Numbered from the stretch's first letter, positions 20,372 through 29,979 are shown. The stretch is DNA of 42,798 nucleotides from Actinomycetota bacterium (GCA_041179585.1 JBEGTB010000007.1:1-42798); one strand, 5' to 3'. Program-made: numbers and translations. Notes: generated by a model not told the origin, from the letters alone.

Positions 20372-21807
20372 GCCGTTAGCTCCTTTGATCGTTTGGCCAC
20401 ATATTCATCAAGTTCTTCTTTTATCGCAATGTCGATTGCTGGTGCTTCATATTCCTCCAGCATCTTTTTGTAAATTTCATTGGCCCTGGTGGCGGTATCT
20501 TTCTTCCCGTTGCGGCTCCAGCGATCGTAGTTATCGCTAGAAGATAAGAACGGGCGGTAGAAACAATCACGGAATCGTTCCATAGTGTGCATTGTGCCAA
20601 GGAAGTGACCACCATGACCGGCTTCAATGTGGGCATCAAACCCAAGAGATGCTTCATCAATTTCAAATGGAGTGAATTCAACTTCCATCATCTGAACAAC
20701 TTCCATGTCCATAATGAATTTCTCATAGCTTGCAACTAAGCCACCTTCAAGCCAGCCAGCTGAGTGCAAAACAAAGTTAGTTCCAGCAAGGAATGTTGCG
20801 TGCATGGTCATTAGCGTCTGGTAACCAGCCTGAGCGTCAACGGTTTGAGCAGCATTTAAGCCACCACCACCGCGGAATGGAAGGCCAAAGTGACGGGCAA
20901 TCTGGCCGGTACACAAAAGGCCAATTGCTGATTCTGGAGTACCAAACATTGGTGAACCTGATTGCATGTCAATGTTTGAAAGGAAAGATCCAAATACAAC
21001 TGGACAGCCTGGGCGAATTAACTGAGATAGCGCAATACCGGAAAGTGCTTCAGCAATTTGTTGAACAAGTGATGCCGGAATAGTTACAGGTGACATCGCG
21101 CCCATTAGCAAGAACGGAGTCAAGATAACTGCTTGGTTAGCCCGGCTGTATTCAAACTGGGATTCAAGCATGCGATCATCCCAGCGCAGAGGGCTGTTGC
21201 AGTTAATTAGTGAAATTGTTGCCGGTGCTTTTTCAATAGCTTCACGGCCACCAAAAAGAATTTCGCTCATCTTGATTACATCGCGTGCATTCTGAGCAGA
21301 CACGACGTTACCCATGTATGGCTTATCAGTAAGCGTTTGCAAACGGTAAGTCATATCTAAGTGACGGGTATCTAGGTGAGTATCTTCTGGTTCGCAGATA
21401 ACACTGCTTGCTACATCCATTGTTGAAAACATCTGGCTGAGTTTTAATAGGTTTTCGTAATCGCGAAGTTTGGCATCGCGACGTACGCCATCTTCAAGAA
21501 CGAAAGGAGAGCCGTAGTTACCAGCGAAAACCATGTTTTCGCCACCAATGCGAACTGAGTTCTTTGGGTTACGCGCTTGCAAATCAAATTCTTTTGGAGC
21601 TTTAGCAACCTGAGCCAAAATAAATTCAGGGTCGAACTTAACGTTGTTACCTTCAACTTTTTGGCCAGCTTTACGGAAAAGGTCTAATGCCTCTTCGCTT
21701 AAGTACTCGATGCCTATTTCAGAAACAATTCGGCGCCAACCTTTATCCAAGGCAGCCATTGCATCCTTGGAAAGAATCTCAAAGCGCGGGCTTTTATTCT
21801 GGAACAT
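20368..21807 (-). CDS. mtgB: Trimethylamine methyltransferase (MttB/COG5598) family protein without pyrrolysine; probable glycine betaine:corrinoid methyltransferase
   Basis: [36 protein letters not shown]...VDAQAG, LHSAG.LE and GGHFL..HT; no in-frame amber codon; substrate inferred from context. Confidence 0.85.
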   Translation of the reverse strand: MFQNKSPRFEILSKDAMAALDKGWRRIVSEIGIEYLSEEALDLFRKAGQKVEGNNVKFDPEFILAQVAKAPKEFDLQARNPKNSVRIGGENMVFAGNYGSPFVLEDGVRRDAKLRDYENLLKLSQMFSTMDVASSVICEPEDTHLDTRHLDMTYRLQTLTDKPYMGNVVSAQNARDVIKMSEILFGGREAIEKAPATISLINCNSPLRWDDRMLESQFEYSRANQAVILTPFLLMGAMSPVTIPASLVQQIAEALSGIALSQLIRPGCPVVFGSFLSNIDMQSGSPMFGTPESAIGLLCTGQIARHFGLPFRGGGGLNAAQTVDAQAGYQTLMTMHATFLAGTNFVLHSAGWLEGGLVASYEKFIMDMEVVQMMEVEFTPFEIDEASLGFDAHIEAGHGGHFLGTMHTMERFRDCFYRPFLSSSDNYDRWSRNGKKDTATRANEIYKKMLEEYEAPAIDIAIKEELDEYVAKRSKELTA

Positions 21808-21855
21808 TTATTCTCCAAATCGCTTGACGAACTGTAGTCAGAGTACACTACTATA

Positions 21856-21871
21856 TGGAACAGGTGTTCCA
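21856..21871. promoter_or_regulatory. Palindromic operator in the mtgB / IclR-2 divergent region
   Basis: TGGAACA-GG-TGTTCCA perfect inverted repeat matching the known IclR motif class TGRAACA-N1-2-TGTTYCA; directly after TTGACG (21824) ... TACTAT (21849). Confidence 0.8.
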
Positions 21872-21933
21872 GATGGTGAAAATTATCTAGGGTACCTAAA
21901 ACAGGGTTCCACCTTATTAATAAGGAGACAAAG

Positions 21934-22689
21934 ATGGAAGAGAAATCCGTAACTGGTACTCAAGCCATCGATCGCGCCTGTGATTTATTAGTTCGAGTTC
22001 TAGATAGTGAAGAACCTCAAACATTAAGCGAATTAGTGGGGGCAACTGGACTTGCCAAAGGAACCACTTCACGCATTCTTAATGCACTTGAACGAGCTGG
22101 TCTATTAACCCGAAGCCAATTTGGTGGCTTTGAAGCTGGCCCAGTTCTCAACCAATTTGCAGTAAAGGGCGGTGCTTATACCGCTCTTATTAATACTGTC
22201 ACTCCAGCCATGGAGGGTATCGCCCAAAAGACTAAAGAAACAGTCAGTTTGGCAGTTGCTGGTCATGAAGGTATCGACAATATCGCCCAGGTTGCAGGTG
22301 ACTATATTCTTGGAAGTCGCAATTGGGTTGGCCAAAGTGTTCCGCGCCATTGCAGCGCCGCAGGAAAAGTTTTAATGGCGCTTGCTGGCGCAAGCGCCCC
22401 ACAAGTATTGAATCCACGTACCCCAGAGACAATCACCGATCAAAAAGTTTTAGATGAAGAACTTCGCAAAGTTCGCGAACGAGGCTATGCCGTAATTCGC
22501 AATGAACTTGAACCAGGTTTGGTGGCGATTGCAGTTCCGGTCTATAGCGAAAAGGGCAAAGTAATTGCTGCCCTTTCTGTTACTGGGCCAGCAGAACGGA
22601 TTGCCCCAGAAAATGAATCTCGCATTGCCTCGCTAATGCAGCGAGAATTATCAGGAAACGCAAGACCACAACATGAAGGAGCGGCATGA
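21934..22689 (+). CDS. IclR family transcriptional regulator (IclR-2)
   Basis: QAIDRA..LL, LSEL...TGL.KGT.SRIL, HCSAAGK, RGYA and AALSVTGP; AAGGAG RBS. Confidence 0.95.
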   Translation: MEEKSVTGTQAIDRACDLLVRVLDSEEPQTLSELVGATGLAKGTTSRILNALERAGLLTRSQFGGFEAGPVLNQFAVKGGAYTALINTVTPAMEGIAQKTKETVSLAVAGHEGIDNIAQVAGDYILGSRNWVGQSVPRHCSAAGKVLMALAGASAPQVLNPRTPETITDQKVLDEELRKVRERGYAVIRNELEPGLVAIAVPVYSEKGKVIAALSVTGPAERIAPENESRIASLMQRELSGNARPQHEGAA

Positions 22690-23342
22690 CCCCCGATGAA
22701 ATCCTGACGGAAATGTACGAAGCAACCATGGCCGGAAATGGTCCGCGCGTACTTGAACTAACAAATGAAGGTCTTGGCCAGGGTATGTCACCTGACACCA
22801 TACTTTTTGATTCACTTATCCCAGCGCTTGAAGAAGTGGGTGCACGCTTTGAACGCGGCGACTACTTCGTTCCTGAAATGCTTATTGCAGGTCGTGCGAT
22901 GAGTGGCGCGCTAGACATTCTTCGCCCGCTACTTGCAGACACCGGCGCCGAAACTGTTGGCACATTCCTAATGGGCACGGTTAAAGGCGATGTGCACGAT
23001 ATTGGCAAGAACTTAGTGAACATCATGCTGGAAGGCGCTGGCTTCCAAGTTATTGATCTTGGCGTTCAGGTTGCCCCTGAAAAGTTTGTGGATGCAATCA
23101 AGGAGCATCAACCTGATGTTGTTGGTATGTCAGCATTCCTAACTACGACAATGCCAATGTTCAAAGTCAACATTCATGAAATTTCTAAAGCTGGCATGCG
23201 CAATGACGTGATCATTATGGTTGGCGGCGCCCCGGTAACTCAAGAATATGCAGATGTGGTTGGTGCTGATGGCTACGCAGCGGATGCGGCAACTGCAGTT
23301 CGCAAGGCTAAAGAACTAATTGCAGCCAAGCGCGGTGCATAA
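22686..23342 (+). CDS. mtgC: Cobalamin-binding corrinoid protein (MttC/MtgC type)
   Basis: Cap domain (VG.RFE.G.YFVPEML) plus B12 motif GDVHDIGKNLV, SAFLTTT and VGGAP; 218 aa standalone protein. Confidence 0.92.
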   Translation: MTPDEILTEMYEATMAGNGPRVLELTNEGLGQGMSPDTILFDSLIPALEEVGARFERGDYFVPEMLIAGRAMSGALDILRPLLADTGAETVGTFLMGTVKGDVHDIGKNLVNIMLEGAGFQVIDLGVQVAPEKFVDAIKEHQPDVVGMSAFLTTTMPMFKVNIHEISKAGMRNDVIIMVGGAPVTQEYADVVGADGYAADAATAVRKAKELIAAKRGA

Positions 23343-23352
23343 GTAATACGCC

Positions 23353-23736
23353 ATGGCTGAATTCATCGCGTCTCTTGAACACGTCGTCAAAGGTCCAGTT
23401 TGGGGCTGTCAGATGTGTGGTCAATGTGTTTTGCACTCAACCGGTATGACTTGTCCAATGAATTGTCCAAAGACACTTCGCAATGGACCATGTGGTGGAG
23501 TGCGCGAAGACGGACACTGTGAAGTTAAACCTGAAATGCGTTGTGTTTGGACAAAAGGCTTCGAGCGAACTCAAGCCTGGCCTTTGCCTAATACCTGGAA
23601 AGAAGAATTTAACCATTTGCGTCCACCAGTTGATAACCGACTAAAAGGTGGATCATCTTGGATCAACTTTTTTACCAAAAGAGATAAGTGGACACCAAAA
23701 GGCTGGGCAGAGACAACTGAAGAGGCCAAGCATTAA
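23353..23736 (+). CDS. metV: MetV-like Cys-rich protein (MTHFR C-terminal/small-subunit domain)
   Basis: CQMCGQC......CPMNCPK..RNGPCGG....CEV.....CVW pattern with 8 Cys; stop abuts the metF start. Confidence 0.85.
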   Translation: MAEFIASLEHVVKGPVWGCQMCGQCVLHSTGMTCPMNCPKTLRNGPCGGVREDGHCEVKPEMRCVWTKGFERTQAWPLPNTWKEEFNHLRPPVDNRLKGGSSWINFFTKRDKWTPKGWAETTEEAKH

Positions 23737-24648
23737 ATGTCCACGCTTGAATACAAATTAACTAAAACCAGCGAACAAGTTTTCACCGCTGAATTTCCAT
23801 CACTTGATGGAAATGCCATGGAAAAAGCTAAAAAACATGCAGATCGTTTTCGTGGTTGGTTTGATGGCGTTAATGCAACGGACAATCCAGCTGCGCATGC
23901 TCACGTTTCAAATGTGGCCTCTTCGATTGCAATGAAACAACTTGGCTTGGAACCGATCATGCAAGTTGTTTGCCGTGACAAAAATCGTTTGGCTCAGCAG
24001 GCAGACTTAGTGAGCGCAGCAATGTTTGGTGTTGAAAATTTCGTTGCGTTAACAGGAGACGATGTGACTGCTGGTGATGAGCCAGAAGCCCGTCGTGTAT
24101 TTGATTTGGACGGCCCGCAATTAGTTCAGTTGATGAGCACTCTGAAGCGCGGAAAATATATGTCTGGCCGCAAACTAGATCCAGCGCCACATATGTTTAT
24201 TGGGGCAGTGGAAAATCCAGGTGCACCGCCATTTGAATACCGTGTGCAGCGCGTTGCTAAAAAATATGCAGCCGGCGCGAAATTCTTACAATTGCAAATC
24301 TGTTACCACCAAGATCGGCTCGAGCGTTTTTGTGCTGGGGTTAAAGCCGCTGGCCTTGAAGGCAAAATTGCCATCATTCCAACCATTGTTTTAGTAAAAG
24401 GCGCTCGTCCACTTCACTTTATGCACGAATCTGTTCCAGGAATTGATATTCCAGCGAATGAAATTGCACGTGTGGAGAATGCGACCGATCCAAGTGAAGC
24501 TGCTTACCAACAGACTTTGGAATTTGCTAAGCATGCCTTAGCGCAACCAACAGTTCGCGGATTACACATCACCGACTTTAGACATGACGACACATTAGAT
24601 CGACTAATGACTGATCTTGGCCGAGTGCGCCAGGTGACACCTAACTAA
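23737..24648 (+). CDS. metF: Methylenetetrahydrofolate reductase
   Basis: TAEF (catalytic Glu position), NATDN, EPIMQ..CRDKN, LTGD, KK..AGA.F.Q.Q and GLH motifs. Confidence 0.88.
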   Translation: MSTLEYKLTKTSEQVFTAEFPSLDGNAMEKAKKHADRFRGWFDGVNATDNPAAHAHVSNVASSIAMKQLGLEPIMQVVCRDKNRLAQQADLVSAAMFGVENFVALTGDDVTAGDEPEARRVFDLDGPQLVQLMSTLKRGKYMSGRKLDPAPHMFIGAVENPGAPPFEYRVQRVAKKYAAGAKFLQLQICYHQDRLERFCAGVKAAGLEGKIAIIPTIVLVKGARPLHFMHESVPGIDIPANEIARVENATDPSEAAYQQTLEFAKHALAQPTVRGLHITDFRHDDTLDRLMTDLGRVRQVTPN

Positions 24649-24661
24649 GAAAGGGAGCACT

Positions 24662-25513
24662 ATGCACACAATAGTTAGCTCAGCTAGCAAGACAGTAACG
24701 ATCGGTCATGATCAGCCGTTTTGTATTATCGGCGAACGCATAAACCCAACCGGACGCAAGCTTTTCCAAGAACGTTTGCGCAATGACGACCTTTCAACAA
24801 TCAACATTGACGTAGCTGATCAGGTTGCTGGTGGCTGCGACATGCTTGATGTGAACATGGGTGTTCCATTAACTGATGAGCCAGCACTACTTGCAAAAGC
24901 AATCAAACTAGTTCAGTCGTTAACTGACCTTCCAATTTGTATTGACTCTTCTGTAATTGAAGCACTTGATGCAGGTCTTGCAGTCTACGAAGGTAAAGCA
25001 TTGATTAACTCAATGACTGGTGAAGATGATCGCATGGATGCAATTTTGCCTTTGGTTAAGAAGTACGACGCAGCAATCCTTGCTCTGCCAAATGATGAAA
25101 CTGGCATTCCAATGACAGCCGATGAGCGCATGCCAATTGTTGAAAAGATTGTTCGCCGCGTTGAAAAAGAAGGTATTCCACTCGAAAACCTCTTAATCGA
25201 TCCACTTGCGATGCCAGTTGGCGCAGAACCAGAAGCTGTTAAGCACACACTTGAAACGATGTACCGAGTGCGCGAAAAGTACGGCCTAAATATGTCAATT
25301 GGCGCATCAAATGTGTCTTTTGGTCTACCAAATCGCCATGCACTAAACGCAGCATTCATGCCAATGGCAATGTCAATGGGTCTAACTTCAGCAATCATGG
25401 ATGGCCGCACTAAAGAAGTTGTGCAGTCAGTTCGCGCAGCTGATTTACTACTTGGCTTAGATGCCTGGGGTGGCAACTGGATTACCAACTTCCGCGAGTC
25501 AAAAGCCGAGTAA
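24662..25513 (+). CDS. Methyl-corrinoid:tetrahydrofolate methyltransferase (standalone MetH pterin-binding domain, AcsE/MtgD-like)
   Basis: IIGERINPTGRK, LDVNMG, PICIDSS, LINS, IDPL, GASNVSFGLP.R and SAI.D motifs. Confidence 0.9.
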   Translation: MHTIVSSASKTVTIGHDQPFCIIGERINPTGRKLFQERLRNDDLSTINIDVADQVAGGCDMLDVNMGVPLTDEPALLAKAIKLVQSLTDLPICIDSSVIEALDAGLAVYEGKALINSMTGEDDRMDAILPLVKKYDAAILALPNDETGIPMTADERMPIVEKIVRRVEKEGIPLENLLIDPLAMPVGAEPEAVKHTLETMYRVREKYGLNMSIGASNVSFGLPNRHALNAAFMPMAMSMGLTSAIMDGRTKEVVQSVRAADLLLGLDAWGGNWITNFRESKAE

Positions 25514-25560
25514 TCAAGGCAATTAAACTTTCTTAAGACAATCTTTGAACGAAGGATATT

Positions 25561-27423
25561 GTGAGCGACCAAGATAACCAAAGCACGCAAGTTGCCGCTG
25601 GTCTTGGTCGCGTCACAATCAACTTCACTCCAAGCAATCAAGAATTTCGTGTTCCTCCAGGCGTCAGTGTTTTCGATGCTGCCTCTTGGAATGGTCTAGC
25701 GATTGATTCAACTTGCGGTGGCCACGGCACCTGCAAGAAATGCAAAATTCAAGTTCTTGAAGGAGAAGTTCCAATATCCAGACTGGATATTCGTGCATTC
25801 ACACCGGAACAACTTAAAGATGGCTGGCGCCTTGCATGTGTGGCAAGAGCCAATAGCAATCTAAAAGTTGATGTGCCCCCACTCGCTACACGGCCAAAAG
25901 CTGCAACTGTTGGTGTTGGTCGCCAAGTTATTTTGCGTCCAGGTGTTCAAAAACGCTACGTGGAATTAACTGAACCAACTTTGCACGATCAGCGAACCGA
26001 TATCGATCGCCTTCGCGATGCAACTGGAGATCTGGAATTTGAAGCTGAATTAGCGGTCTTTAGAACGTTGCCAACTGTTATTCGTCAATCAAACTTTAAA
26101 GTCACTGCAGTTGTAGTTGATGAAAAATTAATCGCAGTTGAACCAGGTGACACAACTGAACAAAACTATGCCGTTGGTATCGACCTTGGCACCACAACAG
26201 TTGTAGCAACTTTGCTCGATTTAGTTACTGGAACACCGATGGCCGTTAAGTCCATGCTTAACAAACAGCAGCCATTTGGCGCAGATGTAATTTCTCGAAT
26301 TTCCGCTGCCATGATGGACCCGCAAGCCGGGCCGCTAATGCAAAAGGCAGCGCTTGATACTTTCAATGAATTGATTGCTGAAGTTTGCACTGAAGCGCGA
26401 ATTAGTGCGCAGCAAATTTATGCACTTTCCATTGCAGGCAACGCAACCATGGTTCAACTATTACTTGGTGTTGATCCAGAACCTGTTGGTGTAGCGCCAT
26501 TTATTACTGCTTCACAAAAGTGGCCAACTATGTCAGCAAGTGAAATTGGTATTGATGTGCTTGGCACTGCCCGTTGTTATTTGTTCCCAAGTTTTGGCGC
26601 TTATGTTGGCGGCGACATTGTTGCTGGCGTACTTGCAACTGGAATGGATCGCGACAAGCGAACACGTCTTTTAATTGATGTTGGCACTAACTGTGAAATT
26701 GTTCTAACGAACGGCGACACAATCCTTTCAACTGCAGCGCCAGCTGGCCCAGCGTTTGAAGCTGCTTCTATCGCATGTGGCATGCGCGCTGCAGATGGCG
26801 CGATCGAAGTTGTTCAGGTTAAAGATGGCGAATTAGTGCTGGGTGTAATCGGCGATGCTACGCCAATTGGTCTTTGTGGCTCTGGTTTAGTTGACGCCGT
26901 TTATGCGCTTAATAAAGCAGGATTACTTGATAATTCAGGTCGCTTTGTCACAGACGATGAAGCAAAACAAATCGCACCAAAACTTGCTGACCGGTTAATT
27001 ACCAGGGCAGAAGGTGACCGTGCATTTGTGCTTTACGGCGAAGGTGAAACACCAGTGTTCCTTTCCCAGCGTGATGTTCGCGAACTGCAGTTCGCAAAAG
27101 CTTCAATTGCTACCGGCTGGCGCTTACTGCTTGAAGAACTAAATCTTAAAGATGATGATGTGCAGCAGGTATTGCTTGCTGGATCATTTGGCTCGTACCT
27201 TTCACCGACATCCGCTGTTGGTATTGGCTTAGTTCCAAAACTTCCAGTTATGCGAATTGTTAGCGCAGGAAACGTTGCTGGTGAAGGTGCCAAGATGGTT
27301 TTACTTTCTGACACCGAACGCCATGGCGCAGATGCACTACTTGACGAAGTAACTTACGTTGAACTTTCCGATCGTCCAGATTTCCAAGAAAAATTCTTTG
27401 TCGAATTGGCATTGCCATCGTGA
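25561..27423 (+). CDS. ATP-dependent reductive activator of corrinoid enzymes (RACE/RACo; 2Fe-2S + ASKHA, DUF4445)
   Basis: N-terminal CGGHGTCKKC...RLAC ferredoxin; IDLGTTT, GADVISRI, IDVGTN.E, GPAFE, GLCGSG, LAGSFG and AGN motifs. Confidence 0.92.
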   Translation: MSDQDNQSTQVAAGLGRVTINFTPSNQEFRVPPGVSVFDAASWNGLAIDSTCGGHGTCKKCKIQVLEGEVPISRLDIRAFTPEQLKDGWRLACVARANSNLKVDVPPLATRPKAATVGVGRQVILRPGVQKRYVELTEPTLHDQRTDIDRLRDATGDLEFEAELAVFRTLPTVIRQSNFKVTAVVVDEKLIAVEPGDTTEQNYAVGIDLGTTTVVATLLDLVTGTPMAVKSMLNKQQPFGADVISRISAAMMDPQAGPLMQKAALDTFNELIAEVCTEARISAQQIYALSIAGNATMVQLLLGVDPEPVGVAPFITASQKWPTMSASEIGIDVLGTARCYLFPSFGAYVGGDIVAGVLATGMDRDKRTRLLIDVGTNCEIVLTNGDTILSTAAPAGPAFEAASIACGMRAADGAIEVVQVKDGELVLGVIGDATPIGLCGSGLVDAVYALNKAGLLDNSGRFVTDDEAKQIAPKLADRLITRAEGDRAFVLYGEGETPVFLSQRDVRELQFAKASIATGWRLLLEELNLKDDDVQQVLLAGSFGSYLSPTSAVGIGLVPKLPVMRIVSAGNVAGEGAKMVLLSDTERHGADALLDEVTYVELSDRPDFQEKFFVELALPS

Positions 27424-28025
27424 CAAACACCAAGGGGAATGTTGCAGTGATTGCTTGTGGTGCGCTGGCATCACACGTGCACGAGATTGCAGCTAGAAAT
27501 CACTGGGATTTACATGTTGAACCAGTTAATCCGTTATTGCACAACAGGCCAGAAGGTATCGCACCTGAAGTTGAAAAGTTAGTTAACGAACTTCAGGGCC
27601 AGCATCAAAAAGTGGCTATTGCATATGCAGACTGTGGAACTTATGGCGAACTGGACAAAGTTTGTGACAAGTATTCAGTTGAGCGTTTGGCTGGCGAACA
27701 TTGTTATGACGTATTTGCCACCGCTGAAAAAATGCGTGAGGAATTTGCCAAGGAGCCTGGCACTTTTGTTTTGACAGATTATTTAGTTAAGTCATTTCGC
27801 CGTAGCGTGATGAAAGAAATGGGACTTGAGAAATACCCAGAACTACGGGATGACTATTTCCATTCTTATAAGCGCATAATGTGGTTAGCCCAGCACCAAA
27901 CTGAAGAATTAACCCAAGCAGCAAATGAAGCCGCTGAACTACTTGGCCTGCCGCTTGAAATAGTTCAAGTGGGGGACCAATACTTAGAAGAACAACTAGT
28001 AGCCCTGATCGGGGAGTCAAAGTGA
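27420..28025 (+). CDS. DUF1638 family protein
   Basis: IACGAL, LHN.P, YADCGT, HCYD.F and GTF.LTD motifs; GTGA overlaps on both sides; the family commonly accompanies RACE genes. Confidence 0.8.
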   Translation: MTNTKGNVAVIACGALASHVHEIAARNHWDLHVEPVNPLLHNRPEGIAPEVEKLVNELQGQHQKVAIAYADCGTYGELDKVCDKYSVERLAGEHCYDVFATAEKMREEFAKEPGTFVLTDYLVKSFRRSVMKEMGLEKYPELRDDYFHSYKRIMWLAQHQTEELTQAANEAAELLGLPLEIVQVGDQYLEEQLVALIGESK

Positions 28026-28483
28026 CCCAATTCGTAGTTGATGACTTAACTGCAGAACTTGAACAGTTCCGCGGTGACAATTTTGCAGTGCTTCGGGCAT
28101 TGCAAAAGACTCAAGAGGTCCTTGGCTTTGTTCCAGATTCAGCAATTGATGTTGTGGCAAAGGTTTGTAATGTGTCTCGCGCTGAAGTTTATGGCGTGTT
28201 CACTTTCTATAGCGATTTCAAATCAATTCCACCTGCAAAATGCATCGTGAAAGTTTGCGTAGCTGAGGCATGTCAAGCAAATGGCAGTCGCGAACTAATC
28301 GAAGAGCTTCACAAAAAAGGTTTTGATGTTCATAAAGGCACCAAACAAGGCGATGTTCAGATGGAACAGACTTTCTGCTTAGGTAACTGTGCACTTGGCC
28401 CAGCAGCGCTTATTAATGGCAAGCCAGTTGCCAGAGCCACAGCAAAATCACTTATTGCCAAAGCAAATGAGGAAGCCCGATGA
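28022..28483 (+). CDS. fdsG: NAD-dependent formate dehydrogenase gamma subunit (NuoE-like, 2Fe-2S)
   Basis: SRAEVYGV.TFY, C.AEACQA.G and FCLGNCALGP motifs. Confidence 0.9.
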   Translation: MTQFVVDDLTAELEQFRGDNFAVLRALQKTQEVLGFVPDSAIDVVAKVCNVSRAEVYGVFTFYSDFKSIPPAKCIVKVCVAEACQANGSRELIEELHKKGFDVHKGTKQGDVQMEQTFCLGNCALGPAALINGKPVARATAKSLIAKANEEAR

Positions 28484-29979
28484 AGGTATTTGTTCCAGGT
28501 GACTCAACTGCACTTTCTGTCGGTGCAGATGAAGTTGCAGATGCATTAGCAAAGGCTGGCGCAGAAGTTGTCCGTACCGGCTCTCGCGGTATGTTCTGGC
28601 TTGAACCACTAGTTGAAGTTCAAACAGATGCGGGCAGAGTTGGTTATGCAAACGTTGAACCAAGTGATGCTAAAGATTTACTAAATGGCAAACTAACGAA
28701 GAAATCAATTGGTGTAGTTGACGAATACGACTGGATTAAAAAACAACAGCGCGTAACATTTGCTCGCGTTGGCATCATTAATCCAGTTTCAGTTGATGAT
28801 TATGAAGCACACGGCGGCTTAATTGGTTTACGAAAAGCACTTTCACTTCCTTCAGAACAAATTGTCGAAGAAGTAACAGAGTCTGGCCTTCGTGGTCGAG
28901 GTGGCGCGGGATTCCCAGCAGGTATTAAGTGGAAAACCGTATTAGGTGCGACCGCAGATCAAAAATATGTTTGCTGTAACGCTGATGAAGGCGATAGTGG
29001 AACATTTGCTGATCGCATGCTCATGGAAGGCGATCCACTAACTCTAGTTGAAGGCATGATTATTGCTGGTATTGCAGTTGGCGCAACTAAAGGTTTAATT
29101 TATTGCCGCTCTGAATACCCGCATGCAATTGCTGTTCTAAATAAAGCCATTGAAAATGCATATGCAGCAGGTGTTCTTGGTAAATCAGTTTGTGGTTCAC
29201 ACTTCGCATTTGATCTAGAAGTTCGAAGTGGTGCTGGTTCTTATGTTTGCGGTGAAGAAACTGCAATGCTTGAAAGCCTTGAAGGAAAGCGCGGCATGAT
29301 TCGTCCAAAGCCGCCAATTCCAGCACTTAGTGGTCTTTATGGAAAACCAACTGTCATTAATAACGTAATGACTTTGGCAGCAGTGCCGATGATCATGGCA
29401 AATGGCGCAAAGGCTTACCAAGAAATTGGTGTTGAACGATCACGCGGAACTCAAGTTTTCCAATTAGCAGGAAACATCGCTAAAGGTGGAATTGTTGAAA
29501 CTGGATTTGGTATCACCCTTGGTGAACTAGTTGATGGTTTTGGCGGAGGCACAAATAGCGGTCGCCCGATTAAGACAGTTCAAATCGGCGGGCCGCTTGG
29601 CGCTTACCTAGATAAAAATTCATGGGATGTACCGATGGCATATGAATCACTTGCAGCAGCTGGCGGCATGCTTGGCCATGGTGGTGTTGTTGTTTTTGAT
29701 GACACCGTAAACATGGCTGCCCAGGCAAGATTTGCCATGGAATTCTGTGCCGAAGAATCTTGTGGCAAGTGCACACCATGCCGTATCGGCTCAACCCGTG
29801 GGGTTGAAGTCATCGACAAAATTGTGGCTGGTGAAAACCAAGCCGAAAACCTTGAATTACTTGAAGACCTTTGCGAAGTTATGACTGACGGTTCACTATG
29901 TGCAATGGGCGGGTTAACGCCACTTCCAGTGCGTAGCGCGCTTAAGTTATATCCAGCAGACTTTGGATTAAGGAGATAA
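28480..29979 (+). CDS. fdsB: NAD-dependent formate dehydrogenase beta subunit (NuoF-like, FMN/4Fe-4S)
   Basis: GSRG.FWLEPLVEV, SGLRGRGGAGFP, CNADEGDSGT, GAGSYVCGEET and ESCGKCTPCR...SLC motifs. Confidence 0.93.
   Translation: MKVFVPGDSTALSVGADEVADALAKAGAEVVRTGSRGMFWLEPLVEVQTDAGRVGYANVEPSDAKDLLNGKLTKKSIGVVDEYDWIKKQQRVTFARVGIINPVSVDDYEAHGGLIGLRKALSLPSEQIVEEVTESGLRGRGGAGFPAGIKWKTVLGATADQKYVCCNADEGDSGTFADRMLMEGDPLTLVEGMIIAGIAVGATKGLIYCRSEYPHAIAVLNKAIENAYAAGVLGKSVCGSHFAFDLEVRSGAGSYVCGEETAMLESLEGKRGMIRPKPPIPALSGLYGKPTVINNVMTLAAVPMIMANGAKAYQEIGVERSRGTQVFQLAGNIAKGGIVETGFGITLGELVDGFGGGTNSGRPIKTVQIGGPLGAYLDKNSWDVPMAYESLAAAGGMLGHGGVVVFDDTVNMAAQARFAMEFCAEESCGKCTPCRIGSTRGVEVIDKIVAGENQAENLELLEDLCEVMTDGSLCAMGGLTPLPVRSALKLYPADFGLRR

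Noticed and set aside
20368-21807. Pyrrolysine (amber) recoding in the MttB homolog
   Set aside because: The ORF is uninterrupted for 479 aa with no in-frame TAG, and no pyl genes or tRNA-Pyl are present.
24985-25641. 218-aa antisense ORF and the many other short overlapping ORFs in the track
   Set aside because: They are shadows of well-supported genes on the opposite strand or in other frames, with no recognisable motifs.
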